DNA of 64,000 bases from an uncultured Thermus sp. (GCA_947085095.1 CAMTVD010000004.1:1-64000), one strand, 5' to 3'. Positions 17,778 to 27,910 are shown, numbered from the stretch's first letter. The notes: generated by a model not told the origin, from the letters alone. A program made the numbers and translations.

Positions 17778-18211
17778 TGGGCGTGCGCCTCAAAGGAGAC
17801 TGGAGGGAGCTCGGCGAGAAGCTCCACCACCTGGCCGGCGGGGTGCCCCGCCGGGTGAAGGAGGCGATCGCCGAGGGGGTGAAGAGCCGCACCCTGCGGC
17901 GCTTTGAAGTGAGCCGGGCCCCCGACGGCTCCCCCTGGCCCCCCCTCTCCCCCGTCACCCTGGCCCGCACGGGGAAGGACCGGAAGCCCCTCTTCCTCAC
18001 GGGCAGGCTGCGGAACTCCATCGCCTGGACCGTGCGGGGGAATGCCATCATCGTGGGCACCAACCTGGTCTACGCCCGCATCCACCAGTACGGGGGGTAC
18101 GCGGGCCGGGGGCGGAAGGTGCGCATCCCCGCCCGCCCCTACCTGGGAATCACCGAGGAGGACCGCCGGGAGGCGGAAAGCCTCCTCAAGGAGTGGCTTA
18201 GAGGGCGATGA
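17777..18211 (+). CDS. Mu gpG / P2 gpS-like virion morphogenesis protein
   Basis: PDGSPWPPLS, TGRLRNSI, VGTNLVYARIHQYGG and IPARPYLG. Confidence 0.92.
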   Translation: MGVRLKGDWRELGEKLHHLAGGVPRRVKEAIAEGVKSRTLRRFEVSRAPDGSPWPPLSPVTLARTGKDRKPLFLTGRLRNSIAWTVRGNAIIVGTNLVYARIHQYGGYAGRGRKVRIPARPYLGITEEDRREAESLLKEWLRGR

Positions 18212-18693
18212 CCCGGCCCGTGGTGGAGTACGTCCGCAGGGGGCTCAGGGAGGTGGGCCTTCCCGAGACCCGGATTCTGGTGAACCGCACCCGGGAGGAG
18301 GCCTACCGCACCGCCCCCGCGGCCCTGGTCCGCCTGGTGGGGGGGAGCCTGCGGCGGGACGGGAGCCGGGTGGAGGCGGGGCCCGAGCGCACCCTGAGGC
18401 GGCTCTACACCGGGACCCTCCGGGCCCGGGTGGAGCTCTACGCCCGGGGCCCGGAGGAGCTGGACCGCATGCTGGTGGGCTTCCTCCTCTACCTATGGAG
18501 CACCCCCCTCACCGCGGGAGGGGCCTACCACGCCAAGCTGGACGACCTGAGCCTGGTCTACACGGACGAGGAGGGGGTTCTGCTCACGGAGAACGCCCTG
18601 GCCCTGGAGATCCCCTTCGGGGTGGAGGTCCTGGAAGGGGTGGCCTGGGTGCCCGTGGAGGTGGAGGTGGAGGGCCTTGTCGAGGAGGTCTAG
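18208..18693 (+). CDS. Putative tail completion/terminator protein
   Basis: 161 aa, positioned between gpG and the sheath gene. Confidence 0.55.
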   Translation: MTRPVVEYVRRGLREVGLPETRILVNRTREEAYRTAPAALVRLVGGSLRRDGSRVEAGPERTLRRLYTGTLRARVELYARGPEELDRMLVGFLLYLWSTPLTAGGAYHAKLDDLSLVYTDEEGVLLTENALALEIPFGVEVLEGVAWVPVEVEVEGLVEEV

Positions 18694-18694
18694 G

Positions 18695-18892
18695 ATGTCC
18701 AAGGAAAAGGAGGCGCAGGAGGAGGTCCAGCTCCCCACCGTGGAGGAGCTGGCCGAGGAGCTCAAGGTGGAGCCCTGGGCCCTGGCGGGCCTCAGGGTGC
18801 GCATGGGCTGGGCCGTGGGGGCCCGGGTCTCCCGGGGCCAGTTTGAGCGGGCCCTGCGGGAGTTCCTCACCGGGCCCACGGCCAGGGAGTAG
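18695..18892 (+). CDS. Small phage protein
   Basis: MSKEKEAQEE..., RBS GAGGAGG. Confidence 0.6.
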   Translation: MSKEKEAQEEVQLPTVEELAEELKVEPWALAGLRVRMGWAVGARVSRGQFERALREFLTGPTARE

Positions 18893-18902
18893 GAGGTGAA
18901 GC

Positions 18903-20324
18903 ATGGCTAGACTGCCGGGCGTGTACCCGGAGATTCAGGACGGGGGCCTGGGCATCGTGCCCCCCAGCGGGGAGGGGCAACGGGTGGTGGTGGGGGTCTC
19001 CAGCCAGGGGCCCCTGAACCAGGTACTGGGCCTCGCCGACCTCTCCCAGGTGCCGGGCCTTCTGGGGACGGGCCCCCTGGCCAGGGCGGTGGCGGACCAG
19101 CTGGCCTACGGTGGGGGGCAGGTCTACGCGGTGCGGGCCCAGGCGGACATCGCGGGCACCGTGACGGCGGACCCGGGGAACCCCGCCTCCCCCGCCATCA
19201 CCCTCAGCGGAAGCCCCCTGGACCGCTACGACCTCGTGGTCCGCATCGTGCGGGGCGGGGCGGTGGGGACGGCCACCTTCGTCTACAGCCTGGACGGGGG
19301 GGACACGGAGAGCCTGGAGATCACCACCGCCGCCAGCGTGGCCCTGCCGGGAACGGGGCTCACCCTCAACTTCGCCGCGGGGACCTACACGGCGGGGGCG
19401 GTCTACCGCTTCGCCGCCACCGCCCCCCGGGCCAGCGTCTCCAGCGTCCAGCAGGCGGTGCGGGAGGCCCTGAACGCCCCCATCCTCTACGAGTACATCC
19501 AGATCGCCCAGCCCACGGACGCCGCCATGTGGGCGGCCCTGGACGCCCTGGCCCTGGAGGCGGAGAACCAGTACCGCTACATCTGGTTCCTCACGGAGAC
19601 CGTGGCCCCGGGGGCGGACGTGGACGCCTGGGTGAACGCCCGCCTGGCGGAGAAGGCGAACTTTAGCTCCAAGCGGGTGATGATCGTGGCCGCCTGGGGG
19701 GAGGTGGTGGACACCCTCACGGGCCGGCTGGAGGTCCAGTCCCTGGCCTCCCGCATCGGGGCCCGCATCAGCCGCAACAAGCCCCACGTCTCCCCCGCCT
19801 GGGTGCAGCAAGGGCCCCTCCCCGGGGTGGTGACCGTGGCCCCCTTCGTGCAGACGAGCTTCGGCAAGAAGTCCTTGTTCAACAACGCCCACGCCCTGGC
19901 CCTGGACACCGCGGGCTTCGCCACCGTCTACCGCCTCATCGGCCGGGACGGGGTCTTCGTGGTGGAGGGGCGTATGGCCGCCGCTCCCACCTCGGACTAC
20001 CGGACCGTCCAGAACCGCCGGGTCATGGACAAGGCGGTCACCCAGGTGCGCCAGGCCCTCCTGGACTTCGTCCAGTGGCACGTGGACCCCACGGACCTCA
20101 ACGCCTCCCTGGCCTCCCTCATCGCCCGGGCCAACACCCCCCTCCGGGTCATGCAGGCCGCGGGGGAGATCGCCCGGGGCCGGGTGGTCATCCCCCCGGG
20201 ACAGGACATCCTGGCCACCAGCAGGCTCCGCCTCCAGGTGCGCATCGTCCCCCTGGGCTACCTGAGGGAGATTGAGCTGGACATCGGCTTTGAGAACCCC
20301 TTCTTGCAGGGCACCAAGGCGTGA
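18903..20324 (+). CDS. Contractile tail sheath-like protein (DUF2586-like)
   Basis: N-terminal LPGVYPEIQDGGLG; SDYRTVQNRRVMDKA; C-terminal VRIVPLGYLREI. Confidence 0.85.
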   Translation: MARLPGVYPEIQDGGLGIVPPSGEGQRVVVGVSSQGPLNQVLGLADLSQVPGLLGTGPLARAVADQLAYGGGQVYAVRAQADIAGTVTADPGNPASPAITLSGSPLDRYDLVVRIVRGGAVGTATFVYSLDGGDTESLEITTAASVALPGTGLTLNFAAGTYTAGAVYRFAATAPRASVSSVQQAVREALNAPILYEYIQIAQPTDAAMWAALDALALEAENQYRYIWFLTETVAPGADVDAWVNARLAEKANFSSKRVMIVAAWGEVVDTLTGRLEVQSLASRIGARISRNKPHVSPAWVQQGPLPGVVTVAPFVQTSFGKKSLFNNAHALALDTAGFATVYRLIGRDGVFVVEGRMAAAPTSDYRTVQNRRVMDKAVTQVRQALLDFVQWHVDPTDLNASLASLIARANTPLRVMQAAGEIARGRVVIPPGQDILATSRLRLQVRIVPLGYLREIELDIGFENPFLQGTKA

Positions 20325-20335
20325 GGAGGTGAAGC

Positions 20336-20749
20336 ATGCCCATTAACGGCCGGTACTACGACTGGGAGCACATCTCCATCCAGGTGAAGGGCATCCCCCT
20401 GGCCGACGTCCTCTCCATTGACTACGAGGACTCGGAGAAGGTGAACGCCATCTTCGGCAAGGGCCGCACCCCCAGGGGCTACACCAAGGGGAACTACGAG
20501 GGCTCGGGCAAGCTCACCCTCCTCCGGGAGGAGTACGACCGGGTGCGGGCCGCCGCCCCCGAGGGCAACCCCCTCAAGCTGGAGCCCTTTGACATCGTGG
20601 TGAGCTACGAGAAGGAGGGGGCCACGGCCACCGACACCCTCAAGGACTGCCTCTTCACCAAGCGCTCCTTCGGGGGCGTGGAGCAGGACACGGAGAAGGT
20701 CACCGTGGAGCTGGAGTTCATCATCCTGGGCGGCGTGGAGCACGGCTAG
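20336..20749 (+). CDS. Tail tube protein
   Basis: INGRYYDW...G.GRTPRGYTKGNYE; follows the sheath gene. Confidence 0.8.
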   Translation: MPINGRYYDWEHISIQVKGIPLADVLSIDYEDSEKVNAIFGKGRTPRGYTKGNYEGSGKLTLLREEYDRVRAAAPEGNPLKLEPFDIVVSYEKEGATATDTLKDCLFTKRSFGGVEQDTEKVTVELEFIILGGVEHG

Positions 20750-20758
20750 GAGGCGTAG

Positions 20759-21007
20759 ATGAAGGAAGTGCCCTTCTACACCCTGGAGCACGGCGGGAAG
20801 ACCTACGGCTTCAAGCGGCCCAGCGTGGACCAGCTCAACCGCTTCCTGGCCAGGGTGGCCCGGGCCCCCCTCTCCAGCGCCCTGGAGTTCACCCGGGAGC
20901 TCTCGGAGGACCCCGAGGCCTGGGCCGCCGCCACCCACGAGAAGCCCGGGCTGGCCCTGCAGGCGGCCAACGGCCTCATGGAGGCCCTGGGTTTCCCGAC
21001 CGCCTGA
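20759..21007 (+). CDS. Tail assembly chaperone (G-like)
   Basis: 82 aa after the tube gene; ends at the G-GGT-TTC slippery site. Confidence 0.7.
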   Translation: MKEVPFYTLEHGGKTYGFKRPSVDQLNRFLARVARAPLSSALEFTRELSEDPEAWAAATHEKPGLALQAANGLMEALGFPTA

Positions 21008-21165
21008 GGGAGGTGGAGGCGGAGCCCCCTCCCCTGGCCCAGTACGCGGCCCTCATCCGCCACTGGCTTCATCGCGAACCCCCGGAGGACCTCGAGGCCT
21101 TCCTGGAGCTCACCCAGCAGGCCCTCTGGCTGGAGAAGCGCTACCTGAGAACCCCCCGGGAGTGA
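20989..21165 (+). CDS. -1 frameshift extension of the tail chaperone (GT-like)
   Basis: GGGTTTC heptamer; the -1 frame reads GFPDRLREVEAEPPPLAQYAALIRHWLHREPPEDLEAFLELTQQALWLEKRYLRTPRE* and has no start codon of its own. Confidence 0.7.
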   Translation, partial: GFPDRLREVEAEPPPLAQYAALIRHWLHREPPEDLEAFLELTQQALWLEKRYLRTPRE

Positions 21166-21181
21166 GCCCCGGGGGGTCTTT

Positions 21182-21364
21182 ATGGGCGAAAAGGACCTGC
21201 TCTACAGGGGTTTGAAGGACCTGGCCAGGCGGTGCCTGGAGGAGGGGAGGCCCCTCGCCTACTTCCTCCTGGCCCGAGAGCTGTGCCAGAACGAGGCCGA
21301 GGAGAGGTACGCCAAGCGGGCTTTCAGGGAGGCCCTAAGAGCGGCAAAGAAAAAGGCGCGCTAG
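21182..21364 (+). CDS. Small hypothetical protein
   Basis: 60-aa ORF with Thermus-like codon use. Confidence 0.45.
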   Translation: MGEKDLLYRGLKDLARRCLEEGRPLAYFLLARELCQNEAEERYAKRAFREALRAAKKKAR

Positions 21365-21995
21365 TATTCTAGCCGACTTCATGAGAAATGGATTTACATA
21401 CTGGGCAACAACCTTTAGCTTTTAGACTGCACACCGTGACGGTGTGCAGTCAATATGCAATGTGTGAATATTACCCTTCTGAAGGGGCTTAATGGGGATT
21501 TCAACCTTGCGCTACGACGGTGTGCACGCTGTGCAGTGGCCACCCCATATTTGGGGTCACGGTGTGCATGCACACCTCCGATAGTGCATAAACGCCTTTT
21601 CCGCCCTTCTGGTGCCGCTTTCCGCCTCTCATCAACCTTTAGCACCACCTTATCAAGTGAAGCGGCCTTTAGCCCGTTCCTAATCGCCTCTTTTCTACTT
21701 GCCTAAAGCATGACTCGTTCTGACCTAAAGCATAATCGGACCCGATAAAGGATTATCTCGGTCAGCCCCTTTTTTATCGGCTCAATCAACTGTGCACAGC
21801 GTGTTTTTCCCGCTGGCAACGGACTGACCGCCACTTTCTGACAAAAAGCATGACGCGCCCTACCCTCCGCTTCCCGCCGCTTTTCGCCGTTCGCCCGCCG
21901 CTTTTAGTCGCGTCTAGAACCACATTCCTTCGCTTTCCGCCGTTTTAAGTCGCATCTAAGCCAACTTGCATAGAGCATGCTCCATTACAATTACA
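21365..21995. repeat. AT-richer right-terminal region with palindromes and repeated putative transposase-binding sites
   Basis: GACTGCACACCGT-G-ACGGTGTGCAGTC (21425-21451); CCTAAAGCAT twice (21702, 21724); imperfect 23-bp direct repeat at 21895 and 21937; terminal ATTACA. Confidence 0.7.
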
Positions 21996-22040
21996 AGAGA
22001 TGACCGCGTAAAACAGAACCCGGCTTACGCCCTGTCCTGG
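21996..22040 (+). pseudogene. rnpB: Orphaned 3' end of an RNase P RNA gene
   Basis: AGAGATGACCGCGTAAAACAGAACCCGGCTTACGCCCTGTCCTGG contains the conserved ACAGAACCCGGCUUA motif and is complementary to the P2, P4 and P1 5' strands of the copy at 1-185. Confidence 0.88.
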
Positions 22041-22042
22041 AT

Positions 22043-22076
22043 CCCCCGAGCCTTGGCTCGGGGGCTCTCTCTTTTT
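22043..22076 (+). terminator. Intrinsic terminator of the original rnpB
   Basis: CCCCCGAGCC-TT-GGCTCGGGGG hairpin followed by a pyrimidine/T tract. Confidence 0.75.
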
Positions 22077-22080
22077 AGAA

Positions 22081-22140
22081 GTGGGAAGGAAGTGGGGCAT
22101 AGGTGGGAGGGAGTGGAAATCTGTGGGGGTCACGTGGTAT
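22081..22140 (+). promoter_or_regulatory. MraZ-binding direct repeats / dcw promoter
   Basis: Six GTGG(G) repeats at about 10-11 bp spacing, ending in TGGTATACT (extended -10). Confidence 0.75.
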
Positions 22141-22228
22141 ACTTCGCCGCGAAAGCCTCGCCTGGGTACGGCCCCTACTCCCTTAACCCTCCATGGCCGA
22201 GCCCCGCCGAGGTGGGAGTGGGTGGGAA

Positions 22229-22663
22229 ATGCCCTTCGGTGAGTACCAGTACAGCCTGGATGACAAAGGGCGGGTGGTCATCCCCGCCCCCTTCCGGGAC
22301 TTCCTGGAGGACGGCCTGGTGCTCACCCGGGGCATGGAGGGGTGTCTCTACGTCTTTCCCTCGGACCGCTGGCGCAAGATTGAGGAGCAGCTGGTCAACC
22401 TCCCCCTCACCGACGCAGAGGCCCGGGCCTTTGTGCGCTTCTTCTATTCGGGAGCCCACAAGACCCGCATGGACAACGCCTCCCGGGTGCTCATTCCTCC
22501 GCCCTTGCGCCAGTTTGCTGGGCTACAGGAAGGGGGGGAGGTGGTGGTGGCCGGGGCGCCGGGAAGGCTGGAGATTTGGAGCCAGGAGCGTTGGTGGAAG
22601 ACCATTGAGGAAATCATGCAAAAGCCTCCCGCTCCCGAGGCCTTGAGGGGACTTATTGGATAG
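22229..22663 (+). CDS. mraZ: Transcriptional regulator MraZ
   Basis: GEYQYSLDDKGRVVIP and DNASRVLIP motifs. Confidence 0.97.
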   Translation: MPFGEYQYSLDDKGRVVIPAPFRDFLEDGLVLTRGMEGCLYVFPSDRWRKIEEQLVNLPLTDAEARAFVRFFYSGAHKTRMDNASRVLIPPPLRQFAGLQEGGEVVVAGAPGRLEIWSQERWWKTIEEIMQKPPAPEALRGLIG

Positions 22664-23768
<1,105 letters not shown>

Positions 23769-23772
<4 letters not shown>

Positions 23773-25088
23773 CCGCAGGCGTGGAGCGGGTTTCCGTAGT
23801 GGTGGCCGGCCTTTTCCTCTGGCTCGCCCTCTTCGCCCTAGGGGTCTACGCCCTCCTGGCCCACGGGCCCACCCCCCCTTCCCCTCCTCCCCCCGCTTCC
23901 CCGGCCCGGGGGCACCTCTACGCCAGGGACGGCACCCCCCTGGCGGTGAGCCTGAAGACGGGACGCCACTACCCCTTGGGTGAGAGCGCCAGCCAGCTCG
24001 TGGGTTTCGGCGAGCGGGGTTCGGGGAAGGGCCTCGAGGGGCTGGAGCGGGACCTGAACGCCGCCCTCAGTGAGGGGCGCTCCTTCACCCTCACCCTGGA
24101 CCCCTGGGTGCAGGCCATGGCGGAAAGGGCCCTTTGGGCAGGCCTGGAGAGGAGCCGGGGGGCCTTCGCCACCTTGCTCGTGCTGGACCGGGAGGGGCGG
24201 ATCCTGGCCGTGGCCAACGCCCCCGCCTTTAACCCCCAAGCCCCCAGGAAGGACCCAGAGCAAGACATCTCCTGGCGCAACCACGCCTTCCTGGTGGCCC
24301 TCGAGCCCGGCTCCACCATGAAGGCCCTCACCGCAGCCATCCTCCTGGAGGAGGGAGCGGCCCACCCGACGACCCGGGTGGAGACTCCCATGCGCCTGGT
24401 GGTGGACGGCTGGGTCATCCAGGATGCCGTGCCCCACCCCCCTGCCCTCACCCTCACCGAGGTGCTCCAATACTCCTCCAACGTGGGCATCAGCTTGCTG
24501 GCGGAAGGAATTGCCAAGGAAACTTTCTATAACTACATGAAAAGGCTCCATCTCACCGATCCCGAGCCCCTACCCGGCATCCGCACCACGCCTCCTGTGG
24601 TGAGACCCCCCCAGGAGTGGAGCCGGGCGACCTACGCCAACCACGCCTTCGGCCAAGGCTTCCTGATTACCCCCTTGCACCTAGCGGCCGCCTTCGCTAC
24701 CCTGGTGGACGGCCTCTACCGCCCCCCCCGCCTCCTCGGGGACCAAGAAACCAAGGCCGAGCGGGTCTTCTCCCCCAAGACCGCAAGGAGCATCCGCGAG
24801 GCCCTGGCCCAAGGCCTGGCCCCCAGGGCCGCCCTCCCCGGTTACCCCCTCTCCGGCAAGACCGGCACCGCCCAGGTGGTGGTGAAGGGACGCTACTCCC
24901 AGGAGGTGTTCACCGCCTGGTTCGCGGGGTTTGTCCCTGGGGACGAACCCCTTTACACCGTGGTGGTGGCCGTCCACCATCCCAAGGGGGAAACCCACGG
25001 AAGCCTGGTGGCCGCCCCCATTTTCCGGGAGGTGGCCGCGGGGCTCTTGGCCTATGCGGGGATTCCCCCCTATGCTGAAGGACGGTGA
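23769..25088 (+). CDS. ftsI: Class B penicillin-binding protein (FtsI-like)
   Basis: EPGSTMK (SxxK), SSN and GKTGTAQ. Confidence 0.9.
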
Positions 25089-26382
25089 GGCAGTGGTGCA
25101 TCTTGCGCATGTTAGGGAAATGACGCCGGAGTGGGTGGCCCAGGCCACAGGAGGAAGGCTCCACCCCGGAGGGAGGCCCATCCAAGACCTCCACTGGGAT
25201 AGCCGCCAGGTGGGCCCGGGCTTTCTCTTCGTAGCCCTACCCGGAAGCCAAACCCATGGCCGTGAGTTCGCCGAGGAGGCCCTGGCCAGGGGAGCCCACC
25301 TGGTCCTCTCCGACCGCCCGGGAAAGGCCACGGTGGAGGTGGCGGACACGGGGAAGGCCCTCCTGCGCCTGGGGCGGGCCCTCAGGGACCTCTTTCCCCA
25401 CAGGGTGGTGGCCGTGGGGGGAAGCTCGGGCAAGACCACGGCCAAGGAGGCCCTGGCCCAAGGCCTTGGCTTCCCCGCCCCCGAGGGCAACCAGAACACC
25501 GCCCCGCCCCTGGCCCGCTTCTTCCTCAACCTCTCCCCCCAAGCCCCCGGGGCCGTGGTGGAGCTGGGGGTGGACCGGGTGGGGGAGATGGCGGAGCTCA
25601 TGGGCCTGGCCTCCCCCCACCTCTCCGTGCTCACCGCCCTGGGCGAGGAGCACCTTCTGGCCTTCCGCGACCTGGAAGGGGTGGTGCGGGAGGAGATGGG
25701 GCTTCTTTCGGCCCCTGAGGCCCTGGTGAGCCTGCAAGCGGCGGAGGTCCTAAAGGCCCTGGGCCACCGGGTCCCCTGGCCCACCTACGGCTTCGGGGAA
25801 GCCACGTTCCGGGGAAAGGACCTGGAGCTCCTCCCGGAAGAGAGCCGCTTCCGCTACCAGAAGATCCCGGTCCGCATCCCCTACCCCGGCCTGGGCCCCG
25901 CCTTGGGAGCCTTGGCCGCCCTGGCGGCGGCGGAGGTTTTGGGCCTCGAGGCGGAAGGGGTGGCGGCAAGGCTCGCCCGGCTCCGCCTTCCCCCTGGACG
26001 CATGGAACGGCGGGAGATCGGGGGGGTGATCTTCCTCAACGACGCCTACAACGCCAACCCCCTCTCGGTGAAGGCCGGCCTCGCCTGGCTCGCCGCCCAG
26101 CCCGGGCGGAAGTGGGCGGTCCTGGGGGAGATGCGGGAGCTGGGGGAGAAGGCCCTAAGGCTCCACCTGGAGGTGGCCGAGGAGGCGGCCCGCTTGGGTC
26201 TCAGCCCCCTTTACCTGGGCCCCTACGCCAAGGCCCAGGCCGCCTTGGGCGGGGAGGCGGCAGAAAGCCTGGAGGAAGCCCTCCTCTGGCTTAGGGAAAG
26301 GGCCCGCCCCGGGGACCTGGTCTACCTGAAGGCCTCGAGGGCCCTGGGCCTGGAGCGCATCTTGGAGCTATGGGACGCCTAG
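25072..26382 (+). CDS. murF: UDP-MurNAc-tripeptide--D-Ala-D-Ala ligase (start may be 25120)
   Basis: DSRQV, GSSGKTTAK, NDAYNANP and LGEMRELG. Confidence 0.93.
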   Translation: MLKDGEAVVHLAHVREMTPEWVAQATGGRLHPGGRPIQDLHWDSRQVGPGFLFVALPGSQTHGREFAEEALARGAHLVLSDRPGKATVEVADTGKALLRLGRALRDLFPHRVVAVGGSSGKTTAKEALAQGLGFPAPEGNQNTAPPLARFFLNLSPQAPGAVVELGVDRVGEMAELMGLASPHLSVLTALGEEHLLAFRDLEGVVREEMGLLSAPEALVSLQAAEVLKALGHRVPWPTYGFGEATFRGKDLELLPEESRFRYQKIPVRIPYPGLGPALGALAALAAAEVLGLEAEGVAARLARLRLPPGRMERREIGGVIFLNDAYNANPLSVKAGLAWLAAQPGRKWAVLGEMRELGEKALRLHLEVAEEAARLGLSPLYLGPYAKAQAALGGEAAESLEEALLWLRERARPGDLVYLKASRALGLERILELWDA

Positions 26383-27068
26383 CCTTCCTCTCCACTTTGG
26401 GCCTCCTCTCCGCCTGCGCCCCGCTGGCGCAAGCCCCCCTCCTCCCCTATCCCGGAGGGTTCGCCCGCGGGGGGTGGGTGGAGGGGCGCTTCGCCGTGGC
26501 CCTCCCGGGGCCGCCCCTCTTCCTGGACGCCGACGAAAAGGCCCTCTACGCTGCCTACCCTTACCAGCTCCTCGTCTACCGGGAAGGCCAGCTTTTAAGC
26601 CTTCCTCTCCCCGGGGTGCCCCGCTTCCTCCGGGCGCACCCCAGGCCCCTGGTGGGCCTTCCGGGGGGCATCTGGACCGAGGAGTCCTTTTACCCCTACC
26701 CCGCCCGGGATGCGGTTCTCACGGAAACCGGGCTCTATTACGTGGACGCCCAAGGCCTCCACCGGGAAAGGACCCTCCTCCGGCCCGGGGCGTTCTCCCA
26801 GGTGGTGGTCTGGGAGGGAGGGGTGGTGGCCCTGGGCGAGGAAGCCTACTTCTACCCCGAAGGCCGGGCCCTGCCCCTGCCCCGCCCGGCGCGGAAGGCC
26901 CAGGCGGGGGCTTGCGGGGTGGTGGCCCTTCTGGACGGGCTCTACCTGGTGCGCCCCGAAGGCCTGAAGGCCTTGGGCGTGGCCCAGGACTTCGCCGTCC
27001 ACGGGGAGAGGATTTACCTGGCCCCTTCAGGGGAGGTCTGGAACTGCAAGGAGGTGGCATGGCCCTAG
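26370..27068 (+). CDS. Hypothetical lipoprotein
   Basis: LSAC lipobox; coupled within the dcw operon. Confidence 0.65.
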   Translation: MGRLAFLSTLGLLSACAPLAQAPLLPYPGGFARGGWVEGRFAVALPGPPLFLDADEKALYAAYPYQLLVYREGQLLSLPLPGVPRFLRAHPRPLVGLPGGIWTEESFYPYPARDAVLTETGLYYVDAQGLHRERTLLRPGAFSQVVVWEGGVVALGEEAYFYPEGRALPLPRPARKAQAGACGVVALLDGLYLVRPEGLKALGVAQDFAVHGERIYLAPSGEVWNCKEVAWP

Positions 27069-27910
27069 CCCTGGTCCTCTCCTGGTTCCTCACCGCGGTC
27101 TGGATCGCCCTTATGAAGGGGCTGGGCCTGGGCAAGAGGGTGCGCCAGGACGGTCCCCAAACCCACCTGGCCAAGGAAGGCACCCCCAGCATGGGGGGCG
27201 TGGCCTTCCTCACGGCCGCCTTCCTGGCCTACCTGGCCGTGGGCCAGGATGCCTTTGCGGGCCTGTGGCTGCTGGGCCTGGGGTTTGGCCTCCTGGGGTT
27301 CGTAGACGACCTTTCGGGAAGCCTCAAGAGACCCCTAAGGGCGCGGGAAAAGCTTTTCCTGCAATCCCTCATGGCCCTGGTCTTCGCCCTCTGGGCGGTG
27401 CGGCAGGTGGCCTACACCCCCTGGCCCCTTCTGGACGTCCTCCTCATCCTCCTGGCCCTGGTGGGGGCGGCCAACGCCTTCAACTTCACCGACGGCCTGG
27501 ACGGGCTTCTGGCCTCGGTGACCGCCATCCTCCTCCTCCCCTTCTACCCCCACCCCTTCGCCCAAACCCTCCTCGGCGGGGTGCTGGGCTTCTTGTGGCA
27601 CAACGCCCCCAAGGCCAAGGTCTTCATGGGGGACACGGGGAGCCAGGCCCTGGGGGCCATGGTGGCGGGGCTTTTCGTCCTCACGGGAAAGCTCTGGCTT
27701 CTACCCCTGGCCGCCCTCGTTCCCGTCCTGGAGGTCCTTTCGGTAGTGGTCCAGGTCCTCTACTTCCGCAGGACCGGGAAGAGACTCCTTCGCATGAGCC
27801 CCCTCCACCACCACCTGGAGCTCTCCGGCTGGGAAGAGGCCAAGATCGTTTTCCGCTTCGCCATTCTCACCGCCTTGGCCACCGCTCTGGCCTTTGGAGG
27901 TGGTCTATGA
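27059..27910 (+). CDS. mraY: Phospho-MurNAc-pentapeptide transferase
   Basis: KEGTPSMGG, NFTDGLDGL, VFMGDTGS and PLHHHLEL. Confidence 0.96.
   Translation: MALALVLSWFLTAVWIALMKGLGLGKRVRQDGPQTHLAKEGTPSMGGVAFLTAAFLAYLAVGQDAFAGLWLLGLGFGLLGFVDDLSGSLKRPLRAREKLFLQSLMALVFALWAVRQVAYTPWPLLDVLLILLALVGAANAFNFTDGLDGLLASVTAILLLPFYPHPFAQTLLGGVLGFLWHNAPKAKVFMGDTGSQALGAMVAGLFVLTGKLWLLPLAALVPVLEVLSVVVQVLYFRRTGKRLLRMSPLHHHLELSGWEEAKIVFRFAILTALATALAFGGGL

Larger units (their letters stand above)
200..21995. mobile_element. Mu-like transposable prophage; the left end is not found in the window and the tail module is incomplete
   Basis: DDE transposase plus AAA ATPase, Mu gp27/28/29/F/I/T/36/G-like genes, and an AT-rich terminus ending ...ATTACA with repeated motifs. 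Confidence 0.9.

Noticed and set aside
21415..21706. ORFs of 77 and 83 aa in the terminal region
   Set aside because: Atypical codons, no RBS, and they overlap palindromic motifs; likely non-coding.
21420..21960. Possible CRISPR array
   Set aside because: The repeats are short, degenerate and irregularly spaced, and no cas genes are present.
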